NCBI GenBank assembly: GCA_951406725.2
Contig: OX597837.1
Span: 16,244,001-16,308,000, forward strand
DNA length: 64,000 nucleotides
From: Octopus vulgaris
Lineage: Eukaryota
Direction: 5' to 3'
Made by a program: the position numbers and the translations under genes. The notes beneath the pieces are model-generated. The model saw only the letters and a program-made list of their open reading frames with translations. It did no database searches and was not told the DNA's origin. Within the stretch, counting starts at the first letter, position 1; each line of letters begins with the position of its first letter. Of the stretch, positions 1 to 11,472 are shown piece by piece.

Positions 1-2562
1 TAGAGAGAGCCAAGCCAATTGAAACTGGTAGAGAGAGCCAAGCCAATTGAAACTGGTAGAGAGAAAGCCAATTGAAACTGGTAGAGAGAGCCAAGCCAAT
101 TGAAACTGGTAGAGAGAGCCAAGCCAATTGAAACTGGTAGAGAGAGCCAAGCCAATTGAAACTGGTAGAGCCAAGCCAATTGAAACAAGCCAATTGAAAC
201 TGGTAGAGAGAGCCAAGCCAATTGAAACTGGTAGAGAGAGCCAAGCCAATTGAAACTGGTAGAGAGCCAAGCCAATTGAAACTGGTAGAGAGAGCCAAGC
301 CAATTGAAACTGGTAGAGAGAGCCAAGCCAATTGAAACTGGTAGAGAGAGCCAAGCCAATTGAAACTGGTGAGTAGAGCCAAGTCAATTGAAAGAGAGCC
401 AAGTCAATTGAAACTGGTAGAGAGAGCCAAGCCAATTGAAACTGGTAGAGAGAGCCAAGCCAATTGGAACTGGTAGAGAGAGCCAAGCCAATTGAAACTG
501 GTTAGAATTAGGATATTTGGTAGAGAGAGCCAAGTCAATTGAAACTGGTCGAGAGAGCCAAGCCAATTGAAACTGGTAGAGAGAGCCAAGTCAATTGAAA
601 CTGGTAGAGAGAGCCAAGCCAATTGAAACTGGTAGAGAGAGCCAAGCCAATTGAAACTGGTAGAGAGCCAAGCCAATTGAAACTGGTAGAGAGAGCCAAG
701 CCAATTGGAACTGGTAGAGAGAGCCAAGCCAATTGGAACTGGTTAGAATTAGGATATTTGGTAGAGAGAGCCAAGCCAATTGAAACTGGTAGAGAGAGCC
801 AAGCCAATTGAAACTGGTAGAGAGAGCCAAGTCAATTGAAACTGGTAGAGAGAGCCAAGTCAATTGAAACTGGTAGAGAGAGCCAAGCCAATTGAAACTG
901 GTAGAGAGAGCCAAGCCAATTGAAACTGGTAGAGAGAGCCAAGCCAATTGAAACTGGTAGAATTAGGATATTTGGTAGAGAGAGCCAAGCCAATTGAAAC
1001 TGGTAGAGAGAGCCAAGCCAATTGAAACTGGTAGAGAGAGCCAAGTCAATTGAAACTGGTAGAGAGAGCCAAGTCAATTGAAACTGGTTAGAATTAGGAT
1101 ATTTGGTAGAGAGACCCAAGTCAATTGAAACTGGTCGAGAGAGAGCCAAGCCAATTGAAACTGGTAGAGAGAGCCAAGTCAATTGAAACTGGTAGAGAGA
1201 GCCAAGCCAATTGAAACTGGAAGAGAGAGCCAAGCCAATTGAAACTGGTAGAGAGAGCCAAGCCAATTGAAACTGGTAGAGAGAGAGCGAAGTCAATTGA
1301 AACTGGTAGAGAGAGCCAAGCCAATTGAAACTGGTAGAGAGAGCCAAGCCAATTGAAACTGGTAGAGAGAGCCAAGCCAATTGAAACTGGTAGAGAGAGC
1401 CAAATCAATTGAAACTGGTAGAGAGAGCCAAGCCAATTGAAACTGGTAGAGAGAGCCAAGCCAATTGAAACTGGTAGAGAGAGCCAAGCCAATTGAAACT
1501 GGTAGAGAGAGCCAAGCCAATTGGAACTAGTTAGAATTAGGATATTTGGTAGAGAGAGCCAAGTCAATTGAAACTGGTCGAGAGAGCCAAGCCAATTGAA
1601 ACTGGTAGAGAGAGCCAAGCCAATTGAAACTGGTAGAGAGAGCCAAGTCAATTGAAACTGGTCGAGAGAGCCAAGCCAATTGAAACTGGTAGAGAGAGCC
1701 AAGCCAATTGAAACTGGTAGAGAGAGCCAAGCCAATTGAAACTGGTAGAATTAGGATATTGAAACTGGTAGAGAGAGCCAAGCCAATTGAAACTGGTCGA
1801 GAGAGCCAAGCCAATTGAAACTGGTAGAGAGAGCCAAGTCAATTGAAACTGGTAGAGAGAGCCAAGTCAATTGAAACTGGTAGAGAGAGCCAAGCCAATT
1901 GAAACTGGTAGAGAGAGCCAAGCCAATTGAAACTGGTAGAGAGAGCCAAGTCAATTGAAACTGGTAGAGAGAGCCAAGCCAATTGAAACTGGAAGAGAGA
2001 GCCAAGCCAATTGAAACTGGTCGAGAGAGCCAAGCCAATTGATACTGGTAGAGAGAGCCAAGTCAATTGAAACTGGTAGAGAGAGCCAAGCCAATTGAAA
2101 CTGGTAGAGAGAGCCAAGCCAATTGAAACTGGTAGAGAGAGCCAAGCCAATTGAAACTGGTAGAGAGAGCCAAGTCAATTGAAACTGGTAGAGAGAGCCA
2201 AGCCAATTGAAACTGGTCGAGAGAGCCAAGCCAATTGAAACTGGTAGAGAGAGCCAAGCCAATTGAAACTGGTCGAGAGAGCCAAGCCAATTGAAACTGG
2301 TAGAGAGAGCCAAGCCAATTGAAACTGGTAGAGAGAGCCAAGTCAATTGAAACTGGTCGAGAGAGCCAAGCCAATTGGAACTGGTAGAGAGAGCCAAGCC
2401 AATTGGAACTGGTTAGAATTAGGATATTTGGTAGAGAGAGCCAAGCCAATTGAAACTGGTCAAGAGAGCCAAGCCAATTGAAACTGGTAGAGAGAGCCAA
2501 GCCAATTGAAACTGGTAGAGAGAGCCAAGTCAATTGAAACTGGTAGAGAGAGCCAAGCCAAT
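1..2562. repeat. 28-bp tandem satellite/minisatellite array (unit TAGAGAGAGCCAAGCCAATTGAAACTGG), roughly 85-90 copies, running off the left edge
   Basis: Directly visible tandem units with recurrent variants (GCC>GTC, TAG>TCG, GAAAC>GGAAC). A 19-nt cassette, TTAGAATTAGGATATTTGG or a shortened form, is interspersed near 502, 743, 957, 1088, 1531, 1746 and 2413. Confidence 0.97.
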
Positions 2563-3479
2563 TCGTCTCATTTAAAATGCAACAATTTCCATAAAATTTA
2601 TTTATTTCTATAGGCCAGAAATTTTGTGGGGAGAAAACTGTTGATTATATCTGCACCAGTCTTTTATTTTATCGATTCTTGAAGAATGAAAGGCAAAGTT
2701 GACGAAGGTGGGACTCGAAACTTTTAAGTTAATTTAATAACAATACAATTTTATTATCTGTTCTTTGGTATCCAACCATTCAACGCAACATTCTTCACAT
2801 GAGGTACGCTAATACTGCCTGGTATAATGATGATGGGGAACAATGGAAGAAAGTCCCGGAACCCTAAACATGGAGAGTAAAGAGCAGCAGCAGCAATGTG
2901 ACAATTTGAATAACAATCACCATGGAAACGAGTGACAGTCATACATTTGTCAATTCCACTTGAGTGCAACAATAAAATTCATTATAACTTCAAAGGACGT
3001 AACTCTTTATTGAATAACGTGGCTAGTTGTCTCCCTTGTATTATATCTTGATCTCAGATAATATATTTTAACTGAAGCAATTACATCGTAGCAGAATCAC
3101 AAAACGAATGACCTCATCTTCATTGTATGACAAAATATATGTGATAATTCAAAGAATATAACAGTTTTTGTCCGGCGTGAAGGGAGGGGTTATGTAAAGG
3201 GGCGTAACTTCAGATTTCGGCCCTCCCACTACCACCACCTCTACCACGACTTTGGATGATCATAATTTACAGAAAATTGGATATTTTTTAATGAAATTTT
3301 CTACGAATATGTGTTGTGTCATTTAGATTCTGAATATACGAAATTGGGGAGGGGTTAGGGGGGATTTTGAAAAATTCACCAGAGTCAACTGCAATTCGTC
3401 TTAACTTTCAGGAAAATGAATATTTTTTAATGAAATTCTCTACAAATAGACCTCGCACTATAATAGATTCTGAGGATTA

Positions 3480-4135
3480 TATAGATTCTGACGACGACAT
3501 ATCTTGCGGAGAGTTTTGGTGCTGTTCTGCTGATAAAGCTGTTGTTGTTTGGGGAGATTCTGATTCTGTTGTTTTTGCTGAACAACAACAACAGGGGAAG
3601 CTACTACTGTTGTTGTTCTTGTTTTTTGCTACTGCTGTGATTGTTGTTACTGCTACTGTTACGGTTATTTTTATAGCTATAGTGGTCACCTGCCTCTGCT
3701 AGTGCTGTTGTTGTTGTTTCGATGGTGGTGTTGTTGTCGCCAAAAATGGACTGCTCCCTTTTCTCTTTTGTTGTGGGTAGAAAGCTTTGAGATGATTTGT
3801 ATCCTCGTACAGGTGACATCTTGGCCTTCTGCCCTCAACAGCTACGTGAAGCTTTGTGCATTCTGGTAGGCTTATGGAAGTCCGATATGACCTCAACACT
3901 TGGCTAGTCTGCATACCATATCCTAAACAGTTCTGCTTCTGTATTCTCTATGGCCACACAATAGTGTTTTTTCCTTCTTATGTCAAAGAGAGCTGCAGCC
4001 ACTGACCAGCAGATGTTTATTTCTGGTGGTATATTTTGTATTTTTACTTTGAATACCTTTCATCTTTAAATGATTATTCCGGAACATATTCGCCATCTAC
4101 TTCAATTTCTACTTGGTGTTTTGTTTAAGTTTTTT
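3480..4135 (-). mobile_element. Degenerate L1/Tx1-like LINE ORF1 fragment
   Basis: Minus-strand frames give KVKIQNIPPEINICWSVAAALF and KLHVAVEGRRPRCHLYEDTNHLKAFYP, a decayed CCHC zinc-knuckle context, followed by a low-complexity T/Q-rich tail. Frameshifted. Confidence 0.55.
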
Positions 4136-4179
4136 GTTGAATAAAATTTATTGAAAAAAAGCTGCAATGATTATGCACC

Positions 4180-4600
4180 AACTTGATAGTAACCTTTAGG
4201 AGTGACAAACAAGAATGCCTAATAATCGACATGGCAGCATCAGGAGATTAACAAATTCTCATGAAAGAAAGAGAAAAAGTTGATAAATATGGAGACCTGA
4301 GAATTGAGATCGCTAAGATGTCGCGAGAGTCAAACATAAAGGTTGTCCCTATTGTCATCGGAGCATTGGGTTCAGTTCCACCCAATCTGAAGAAACATCT
4401 GGAAACTTTAGAAAAATCCCTACAATTTTGGTGCATTGCAAACATCAGCATTACTTGGAACTGCATGTATATTGTATTAAGCATTGTCAGGCTGAGGTCC
4501 TTGTTGTGACTTGACAGACAAACCCTTGGCAGACGCAGTATCTTCAATCAAGAACATCACAATATTGGATCCTGTGTGACGTCTTAAATAATAACAACAA
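4180..4600 (+). mobile_element. R4/Dong-like non-LTR retrotransposon 3' fragment (restriction-like endonuclease domain)
   Basis: CLIIDMA..KEREKVDKYGDLRIEIAKM..KVVPIVIGALGSVPPNLKKHLETL matches the RLE C-terminus. The 3' UTR ends in TAATAA and resembles the short copy at 11487-11580. Confidence 0.8.
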
Positions 4601-5199
4601 CAACTTAAAAGTGATAAAGAAAAAAGAAAAATACTCTTGGAATTCAAATAAGGAATACAAATTAATAAATTGTTTTGAATAAGAATAAAAAGAAATTTTA
4701 ATGATAATTATTTTTCATTTATTTATTTTGATAACAATGACATAGGCCCAAGGCCACAAGTCGGGGGTTTGGGGACCTGTGAAGTTGATTGTATCAGTAT
4801 TTTACTGGAGTTTATATACTGACCCCAAAAAACGATTAAATGCATTTTTGACCCCAGTTCAAATATCACCAGGCTCAACATTGCTCTTCATCCTTTCAGG
4901 GTAGAAGAAATAAGGGTCCAATCAAGTACTTGGGTAAATTTAGTAATAATCATGAATTTTTTTTTTTTTTTCACATAGGCACAAGGGCAGAACTTTCACA
5001 GAAGGGATTAATCAATGAAACCGACCCCCAATACTTGACAGGTACTGTATTTTGACCCCTGAAGGATGATAAACAGAGTTGTCCTTGGTAGGATTTGAAA
5101 TTAGAATGTAAAAGAACAAAAAAAATCTTTTTAGATAACCCCAGGGCTTTCTGTCCAGCGTTCTGCCAACCCTGCCTCTCCACCAATAATAACCTTTCT

Positions 5200-5426
5200 A
5201 TTTTTCACTTGTTTCAGTCACTCGACTGCGGCCATGCTGGAGCACTGCCTTGACGAGCTTTAGTCAAACGCATTGACCAGATTACTTTTCCCTTTTAAGC
5301 CTGATACTTATTCTATCGACCAATTTTACTAAACCACTAAGCCATGGGGGATGTAAAAAAACCAACACTGGTTATCAAACTGTTGTACGGACAAACACGG
5401 ACACAAAGACATACACACACATGTAC

Positions 5427-5471
<45 letters not shown>

Positions 5472-5706
5472 CATACATATACACACAGACATATATACAT
5501 ACATATATATATATATATATACATATATACATACGCACATATAGATACACACACACACACACACACACATACATATATATGGCACTCACAAGGCTTTGTT
5601 CAGCCTTGTGCTATAGTAGAAGACACTTGCCCTAGGTGCCATGCAGTGGGACTGAACTTGGAACGATGTGGTTGGGAAGCAAACATTTTACCACACAGCC
5701 ACACCA
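5200..5706 (-). mobile_element. tRNA-headed CORE-like SINE (family A), diverged copy
   Basis: Same head, body and tail as the copies at 27238-27632 and 56694-57106, with an internal (CA)/(TA) microsatellite. Confidence 0.8.
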
Positions 5707-7125
5707 AATGTACAAGGTCAGAAATTTAAGTTAGAGGGGTCAGTCAATACCATTGACCCTATCATTTAACTGATGCTCAATTTTATTGACCCCTAAATGG
5801 TGGAAAAGCAAAGTTGACTTCAGCAGGTTTTGAAGTCGATAATTAATGATTTATGAATTAGGCACAAGGCCAGCAATTTTTTTTTGGTTGGGGGGGTCAG
5901 TTGATTACAATGACCCATTTCTTAACTGGTACTTTATTTTATTAACCCTAAAAGGAAGAAAAAGGCAAAGTTGACCTCAGCAGGTTTTGAAATTGATGAT
6001 AATGAGTTTTTATTTAGACACAAGACCAGCAATTTCAAAGGGATCAGGTTGTCAATACCATCAACCTTGTTGTTTAATTTTATTGACCCTAAAAGGATGA
6101 TAGGAAAGGTCAGCCTTGGAGGGGTTTTGACTCCAGTAATAATAATTGTTTCTTGAATTCTCTTTCTCTTTTTTGTTGAAGTCTATTTGGCAGAAAGTTA
6201 ATGGAATTCTAAAATCTATTTTTCTTCTTAGGAATTGGGAGAATGTACAGGAATTGGTCAAGTGATAAGAGTTCATATCCTAACACTGGCACTTCACTCT
6301 CATACAGCTCAGTCCACCTGGTTGAAAACAGGTACCACATATTAAGAATGATTCCACACTCTAACCAGCATCATCAGCAGCATCATAAATACAATGGGTG
6401 TTTTGTCAGCTTCCTCCCCCATGTTCGGCACCACTAACTACTAGTACTATTACTATTACTACTATAATCATTAACTATACCATTAACATCATTACCTCCA
6501 CCGGTAACCAAGGCAACTACCATGACCACCACCACAGTTACTACTACCAACTTCTACATTTGTTGCTGTTGTATAGCCCCGAGTTAAACTTGATTGAACA
6601 GACCTGTGATCAAAGGCATTCCTTCCATGACCACTTCTATCCTTTCTATGACTACATTATCTGTCTTTCCCTTCTCTTTTAAGACAATAGGTTATGTGAT
6701 TTGAGAGAAATGTGACTTCTATTTCTAGCATGCCAAAAGTCCACATACCTGCACATTTGTTGGTTAGTCCAATCGTTGTTAGTGGTGGTGGTGGTGGTGG
6801 TGGTGGTGATATTGTTTAGCCCCAGGTCAGCCCTGATTCAGCAGACATATTTGATCAAAGGCACTGCAACCATGACTGTCCTATCCTTCTCATGGGCATT
6901 GTGTATCTAGGAAAACATTATTCAGTGTGTTCCTAACTTTTAAAGATAGTAGAATGTAATTTGAGGGTGATTTGGCTGTTAATTCTAGCCTGTCAGGGAA
7001 CTATATAAGGGAGACATGTGACTTCACCAAGCTCACCTGACCTAAATAAGTATCTTGTCTATTAAACAAGTGATGCACTTTTTCCAAGATGCCAATCCAT
7101 CACCAAAACAACAACAACAACAACG

Positions 7126-7170
<45 letters not shown>

Positions 7171-7289
7171 GCTTCAAATTTTTACACAAGGACAGCAACT
7201 TTAGGGGAGTGAGTCCATAACATTGACCCTGCTGTACTTGAATGGTACTTTAGTATATCAACCCCCCACCCCAAAGAGCAAAAATGATG

Positions 7290-7535
7290 AAAATTTCTTT
7301 GCAAGTGATAGGTTCGTGAGACGAGGTTGCTGGATTTTGTGGTGCATAGACTCGCATCTGGATGGGAGATCGGTCTGGTGCAGGGTTACTCATTATGGCG
7401 GCCAGGTGAGAGGATTGGAACCACATGAAATGAAGTGTTTGGTTGGGGAACAAAATGCATCACCTGCCCCAGGAACTGAAACCACAATCCTGGGATCATG
7501 AATGCAACATCCTAACCACTGAGCTATGTGCCTCT
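7290..7535 (-). mobile_element. tRNA-headed SINE (family D), diverged; related copies at about 17390-17600, 24820-25080 and 46830-47090
   Basis: Shared GGAGCAACxTGAAATGAAGTG...CAGGAATxGAA...CCTAACCACT block. The minus strand starts with a tRNA-like A/B-box head. Confidence 0.6.
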
Positions 7536-7733
7536 GCCACAATAGAAATATTAATATTGGTTTCAAATTTTGGCACAAGGCCAGCAATTTTGTATGAAGA
7601 GTCAACTTACATCAACTCCAGTACCCAGCTGGTACTTATGTTATTGACCTCAGCAGAATCCGAACTTGGAATGGAAAGATGGATGAAATGCCATTAAGCA
7701 TTCTGCCTGGCATGCAAATGATTCTGCCAGCTC

Positions 7734-7769
<36 letters not shown>

Positions 7770-8396
7770 ATAATGAATTCTCCAATTACTATGAAGTTCT
7801 GAGATCATATTTGAACCTGAGTGAAAACCTACAATGGACTGATGTCCTATCCCAGAGGGGAAGCAATATATCTCTACCACTTCACTCCACTAAAAATACA
7901 CTATAACCCCTTCTTCCTGAATAAATAGACTAACCCCTATCATAAAAGGAGAAGGTACTTGCCTCACCCTCAGACTCTTTTTCTCTGTTTCTTCATATTT
8001 TCTCCTCTTCCTTTTCACTTTGTGTTAAGCATTTTTTCTTTTAAATTTTTTGGCCTTCTTTCCTTCTCCCATTCTTTCTTTCTTTTCGTTCCCTCTCCCT
8101 TTTTTCTTTCATTCTTTTTCTTTTTCTTTATCACCACCTCCCACCCACACTCCTTTTCCTGTTGCTTGGTCATTAAATTTGGAAAGAACCTTCAACAGCC
8201 AACAAATTGTTATCCCCCAAATGCCATCTGCTTCCCTTTCTTTCATGTTCTTTACTGTGTCTGTGTGTCTGTGTGTGTGTGTGGGTGTGTGTGTGTTGCA
8301 TTCTTCCAGAGCATCAAACTAATACACTTGCATATTGTTCCTTCACCTGTTTCTGTCTTTTGTTTTCTGTACATTTGAACCATATATGTATGGACA

Positions 8397-8454
<58 letters not shown>

Positions 8455-8468
8455 TGTATGCATGTATG

Positions 8469-8501
<33 letters not shown>

Positions 8502-8882
8502 GTACGTGTGTACATACATATATAAATACATATATATGTACGTACATATGCATAGGTGTGTGTACATATCACACATACATATAAATATACATACATACCT
8601 GTATTTACATGCACGCACACACACATATCCATATAGTGTGCGTGTGTATACATAAAAATATATGCACACACAAACAGACACATCTGGAAATGGGGAAACA
8701 TTCTAGAAGAAGCCTCACCTTTGAATAAGCATCTTTTGAATGAACTGGGCAGAGATTTTCCTCTCTTTTTATAAATTCAAACATATATATATATATATGA
8801 TGAGTCACTAGTAATGCTAAAGACTTTACAGGTGCAAAAACAATGGTCACAATCTGACTGGTCATTACATTCAACTTCCTAT

Positions 8883-8941
<59 letters not shown>

Positions 8942-10182
8942 TATACTATCATAATACAACAGTATTACAAAGGTCTTAGAGTAAATTAGAAGAGGTACCC
9001 CAAGGGAAGATAAAAGAAATTAAGTCAGCCTTAGCGGGAACAATGCTCACATATGTAGATATAAATCACATCTACATATATATGTATTGTATGTGTGTAT
9101 ATATAAATATATACACACACACTCACACGTGTATATGTATTGCGTGTGTGTGTGAGTGTGTGTTTATATATATATATATCAATGATTGCATGTAGGCTGC
9201 ATGAAAGTAACTCAGAGAAGATGAGTTCTATACAAACATTGCACTCTCCCACATGTGTGAAATTAAAAGTCACTAACTGCAATTATCCATGCAGTTTGTA
9301 GACAAAAGCTCCCTCTACACAATGTTCAAAATCTAAAAAAGAACAAATAAGAGACACAAATGTAGTAAAATCACTTCGTTGAAATTCTTGGGAAATATGT
9401 AAAAATGCAGTATGGCAGGGGTAAGGGTGGATCAGATCTGTATGCCAACAGGTGGAGGCAACAGACATGTTTCAGTCTTGTTCAACCTCCTCAGCAAGGA
9501 ATATTTTATCTTCAGTTGACAACACTAAGAGTGATCAATATATATATACACATACACCCACAGGTGCATGTGTGTGTATATTCTATGTGTGTGTGTGTGT
9601 ATGCACATATATATGCATACACACACACAAAATGTAATGATACTGATTATGAATATCAACAATATGGTCAAAGGAAAAATAAAAAGTCTGTCATGTATGT
9701 ATAATATCTGCATGTGATTGCTTATTTATCCATTGTTGTTCTTCCTGTTGTTGCAGTTGATAATTTTTTGTTTGAAAATGAGTTTAGTTTACTTTGTTAA
9801 TTTATCTGTTAATTCATTAAATCTCAGAATCCATTTAGTAAAACTTGCCATTTTTTTTTTTGGTTGAATGAATTTTTTTTTTTACCATTTACAATAAAAA
9901 ATATGGGGACAAAAAAATTCAAGTAAATTACCAGCACCAGAAAACAATACAAAAATAAAAGAAAAAATATAAACAATGAAAATAAAAAACAACAATAGAG
10001 ATAATATAACAACTTCCTCCCTTCCTCCCTCCTCGAAGAACATTCTTGTTTTGCCCCCTCCCCTCCCCCTGACCACACCTTCCCCTCATTTTCTACTCAA
10101 GACATATATCAGTCCACCACCACTGCCACCATTGTCCTCATCAGCATCTTGCAAGATTGAGGGAGAGCGAGAGAGAGAGAAG

Positions 10183-10338
10183 TTAATCAACTTCCAGCTT
10201 CCGGTATGTCCCCATCAAGCACTCGCCAGTCGCATCTTCTTTGATGACCGATTTGTTAGCTTGCTGTAGTTTCTTGAAACCATATTTAAATTCTTCTTCA
10301 AACTGAGCATCATACTTCAGAAAGTTCTCAGTCCAAGC
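10183..10338 (-). CDS. CRAL-TRIO gene, coding exon 7 (terminal): [23 protein letters not shown]...GTYRKLEVD*
   Basis: Acceptor TTCCCTTTAG. 52 codons ending in TAA at 10185-10183. The C-terminal G-x-[YF]-R-K-L-E-x-D is typical of invertebrate alpha-TTP-like proteins. Confidence 0.9.
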   Translation of the reverse strand, partial: AWTENFLKYDAQFEEEFKYGFKKLQQANKSVIKEDATGECLMGTYRKLEVD

Positions 10339-11122
10339 CTAAAGGGAACAGAATAAAGGGGGAAAGAATTAGAAAGACAGGAAAACAATGGGGAAATGAA
10401 AGAAAGACAGAGACAAAGAAAAGGGTCAGAGAGACAAAGGAAAGGGTCAGAGAGACAAACAAAAGGGTCAGAGAGACGAACAAAAGGGTCAGAGAGACAA
10501 ACAAAAGGGTCAGAGAGACAAACAAAAGGGTCAGAGAGACAAACAAAAGTGTCAGAGAGACAAACAAAAGGGTCAGAGAGACAAAGAAAAGGGTCAGAGA
10601 GACAAAGAAAAGGGTCAGAGAGACAAAGAAAAGGGTCAGAGAGACAAAGAAAAGGGTCAGAGAGACAAACAAAAGGGTCAGAGAGACAAACAAAAGGGTC
10701 AGAGAGACAAACAAAAGGGTCAGAGAGACAAACAAAAGGGTCAGAGAGACAAAGAAAAGGGTCAGAGAGACAAAGAAAAGGGTCAGATAGCTTCACATTT
10801 TGCACCAGAAAGCATCACCATCATTTAACATCTGTTTTCCATGCTAGCATGGGTTGGATGGGATTGACAGATGTGGGTAAGGCCAGGGATCATATCAATC
10901 CTTTTCTACATTAGGAACAAGGTCTGATTTTAGGGGAAGGGCATTGAACCCAGTCTCCACTAGGTACTTATTTCATCAAACCAAAAAGGATGAAAGGCAA
11001 AGCTGACTTCAGCAGGATTTGAACTCAGAACGTGAAGATCCAGGAGAAATGCTGCTAAGCATTTTGTTTGATGTGCAAACGATTCTGTCTGCTCATTGCT
11101 CTTTTTAATAATAATAATAATG

Positions 11123-11184
<62 letters not shown>

Positions 11185-11414
11185 CCTCTCTACTATAGGT
11201 ATAAGATCTGAAGTTTTGAGGAAGTGTGCTAATCTTTGAGGAAGTGTGCTAATCAATTATATTAACCCCAGTGTTCTACTGGTGGTTATTTTATCAACCC
11301 TGAAAGGATGAAAAGCAAAACTGACCAGCAAAAGTTGAACTCAAAATATAAAGAGAGACAAAATACTGCTCAGCATTTTGTCTGGGTTGCTAATCATTCT
11401 GCCATCATGCTGCC

Positions 11415-11472
<58 letters not shown>

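Noticed and set aside
502-520. TTAGG telomere-like motif in the satellite cassette
   Set aside because: A single pentamer per cassette, not tandem; molluscan telomeres are TTAGGG.
384-2533. Overlapping minus-strand ORFs (LAWLSLPVSIG...)
   Set aside because: Translations of a 28-nt unit cycling through frames, with stops wherever the GTC variant occurs. No splice or start context.
1-2562. CRISPR-like array (28-bp repeats with intervening sequence)
   Set aside because: Units are head-to-tail, the occasional insert is the same sequence each time rather than unique spacers, there are no cas genes, and the context is eukaryotic.
2733-2972. Short ORFs on both strands (..AWYNDDGEQWKKVPEP*; MLHSSGIDKC..)
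   Set aside because: No usable splice acceptor in frame and no recognisable family.
10317-10914. 162-172 aa repetitive ORFs (LSDPFVC / KGSERQT)
   Set aside because: Products of the 21-bp intronic minisatellite. The true exon begins at 10338 in a different frame.
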